Assembly (NCBI RefSeq): GCF_006345805.1
Contig: NC_042998.1
Coordinates: 94,426,001-94,490,000 of the forward strand
DNA: 64,000 nucleotides
Reading direction: 5' to 3'
DNA from: Octopus sinensis
Taxonomy: Eukaryota
Position 1 is the stretch's first letter; each line of letters opens with the position of its first letter. Positions 62,521 to 64,000 of this stretch are shown one piece after another. Position numbers and translations under genes: made by a program. Below the pieces are notes generated by a model that was not told the origin of the DNA, searched no databases, and saw nothing but the letters and a program-made list of their open reading frames with translations.

Positions 62521-63524
62521 GTGTGTGTGTGTATACACACATGTATATATATTATATATTTGTGTGTGTGTGTATACATATATATATATATTACATGCAT
62601 ATTTTGAATATATAGTTTTTGTCTCTTACTCTCCCTCTCTCAATATGTGTGTGTGTGCATGTTTATGAGTGAGTGTGTACGAATGTGTATGTTTATATTT
62701 ATATGTATGTATGCTTGTCTAGTTGCGCTATATGTGTTTTGTTTTACTCTACTTCATTGTGCTGGAAAGTATATTGAGGTGTAGGTGACGTGTGAATAAA
62801 ATTCTTGAAAGTTCAAATTCTTTCTGTGATGTTTTTGCGGCTTTGTTAATCCCATATAGAAGTTTACAGTTGTTGAATATTATTTCTTGCTTTTATTTGA
62901 TGTCCTACTCATCCATGATTTCTGTGGAATCTTCAAATCGCCAGCTGTTCCATTCCCCACTTACTCATCTATATAATTACTTTGGCTAAAAATTCATTTA
63001 TATTATTTGCTTATTTTTTATATACTTTTTATGTTATTTTTTTTTTTTACTTTATCTAATTTACTTCTTATTTGCTTATATTGAGGATGGTCAATTCCTT
63101 AAATTCTGTCTAGCACTTAATATAAAGCAATACAATATATCACTACTTTTATGGAACAAATCAATCTAATTTTGTCCAATTTCAGCCTTCCGTACATTGT
63201 GTATGTAAAGAGTAAATTTTGTGAGAATATTTAAAGTGGAATTGTTGTAGCCCTGATGTTCCAGTGTGATCTGTTGAGTTAGCTTTTTGTATTTTCATTA
63301 ATTTGTGACTATGCATATGCATTTTATACTGCTGATTACACACATCAATACAGATATCTGTGCATAATTTCTTCCATACTGAAATTAATATTACATGAAG
63401 AAGGTTGTGAAATGGCCATAATTCCATGGATGCCATATGGTTAAATAAAGAAACTTATATTTACCTCTCATACCTTCTGACTTTGCTTTTATATGCTCAT
63501 GGAATAATTTCATCTGCTATATAA

Positions 63525-63765
63525 AAAGCATTGGTGTGGGTGCTGGTTTCACGTAAAAAGCACTGGTGATGGTGCCACATAAAAAGCACCTAGTACACTC
63601 TGTAAAGAGGTTGGTGTTAAGAAGGGCATCCAGCTGTAGAAACCAAGCCAAAACAGACTATGGAACCTAATGTGCCCCCTGGCCTTGCCAGTTCCTGTTA
63701 AGCTGTTCAACTCATGCCAGCATGGAAAACAGACATTAAATGTTGATAACGATGATGATGAACAT
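63525..63765 (+). mobile_element. RTE LINE 3'-end fragment
   Basis: Closely resembles 43510-43700 (agaaaccaagccaaaacagactatggaacct); GAT-rich tail. Confidence 0.82.
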
Positions 63766-64000
63766 TATATTACACTTCTTTGTAATTGATTATTATGTGA
63801 ACTGATAACCATATTCTTAAAAAGAGCTTTCTGTGACAGATGCATGATTCACTGAATCTGTATCTTATACTACATGTATGTGTATGTATGCATGTATGTA
63901 TGTATGTGCATATATACATTGATACATACCCTTGTCAAGACATCATGTGACAGTTGTAAATGTGCATTCTCATCATACAAGCTATGTTGTTCATTTCCAG

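Noticed and set aside
31000-64000. Coding exons of the inferred plus-strand gene
   Set aside because: No acceptor-frame-donor combination with recognisable protein similarity was found by eye; small exons could have been missed.

Overview
This is AT-rich, microsatellite-dense animal genomic DNA; the repeat content is what I associate with octopus or another coleoid cephalopod (inference, no search run). I found no host protein-coding exon I can support. The window reads as intronic or intergenic DNA around a CpG-retaining, strand-skew-switching zone at about 24-31 kb, probably a divergent promoter region. It is filled with transposon debris: a Ty3/gypsy (Mag-like) LTR element with both LTRs and a 5-bp TSD nested in a Penelope-like RT; a young 5'-truncated RTE LINE with a C4HC3 PHD-type finger inside its RT domain, plus many RTE 3' tails; two inverted tails of a restriction-like-endonuclease LINE sitting in (CATA)n; a mariner fragment; two piggyBac-type (TTAA) MITE families; hAT MITEs; Penelope GIY-YIG remnants; and three tRNA-derived SINE families. 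The most notable unannotated signal is a set of minimal type-I hammerhead ribozyme motifs: two with intact catalytic cores on the minus strand in the first kilobase (84-177, 605-647) and two decayed ones (44855, 56432), pointing to Penelope/retrozyme-like RNA elements. Several closely spaced inverted repeat pairs could form intronic dsRNA.
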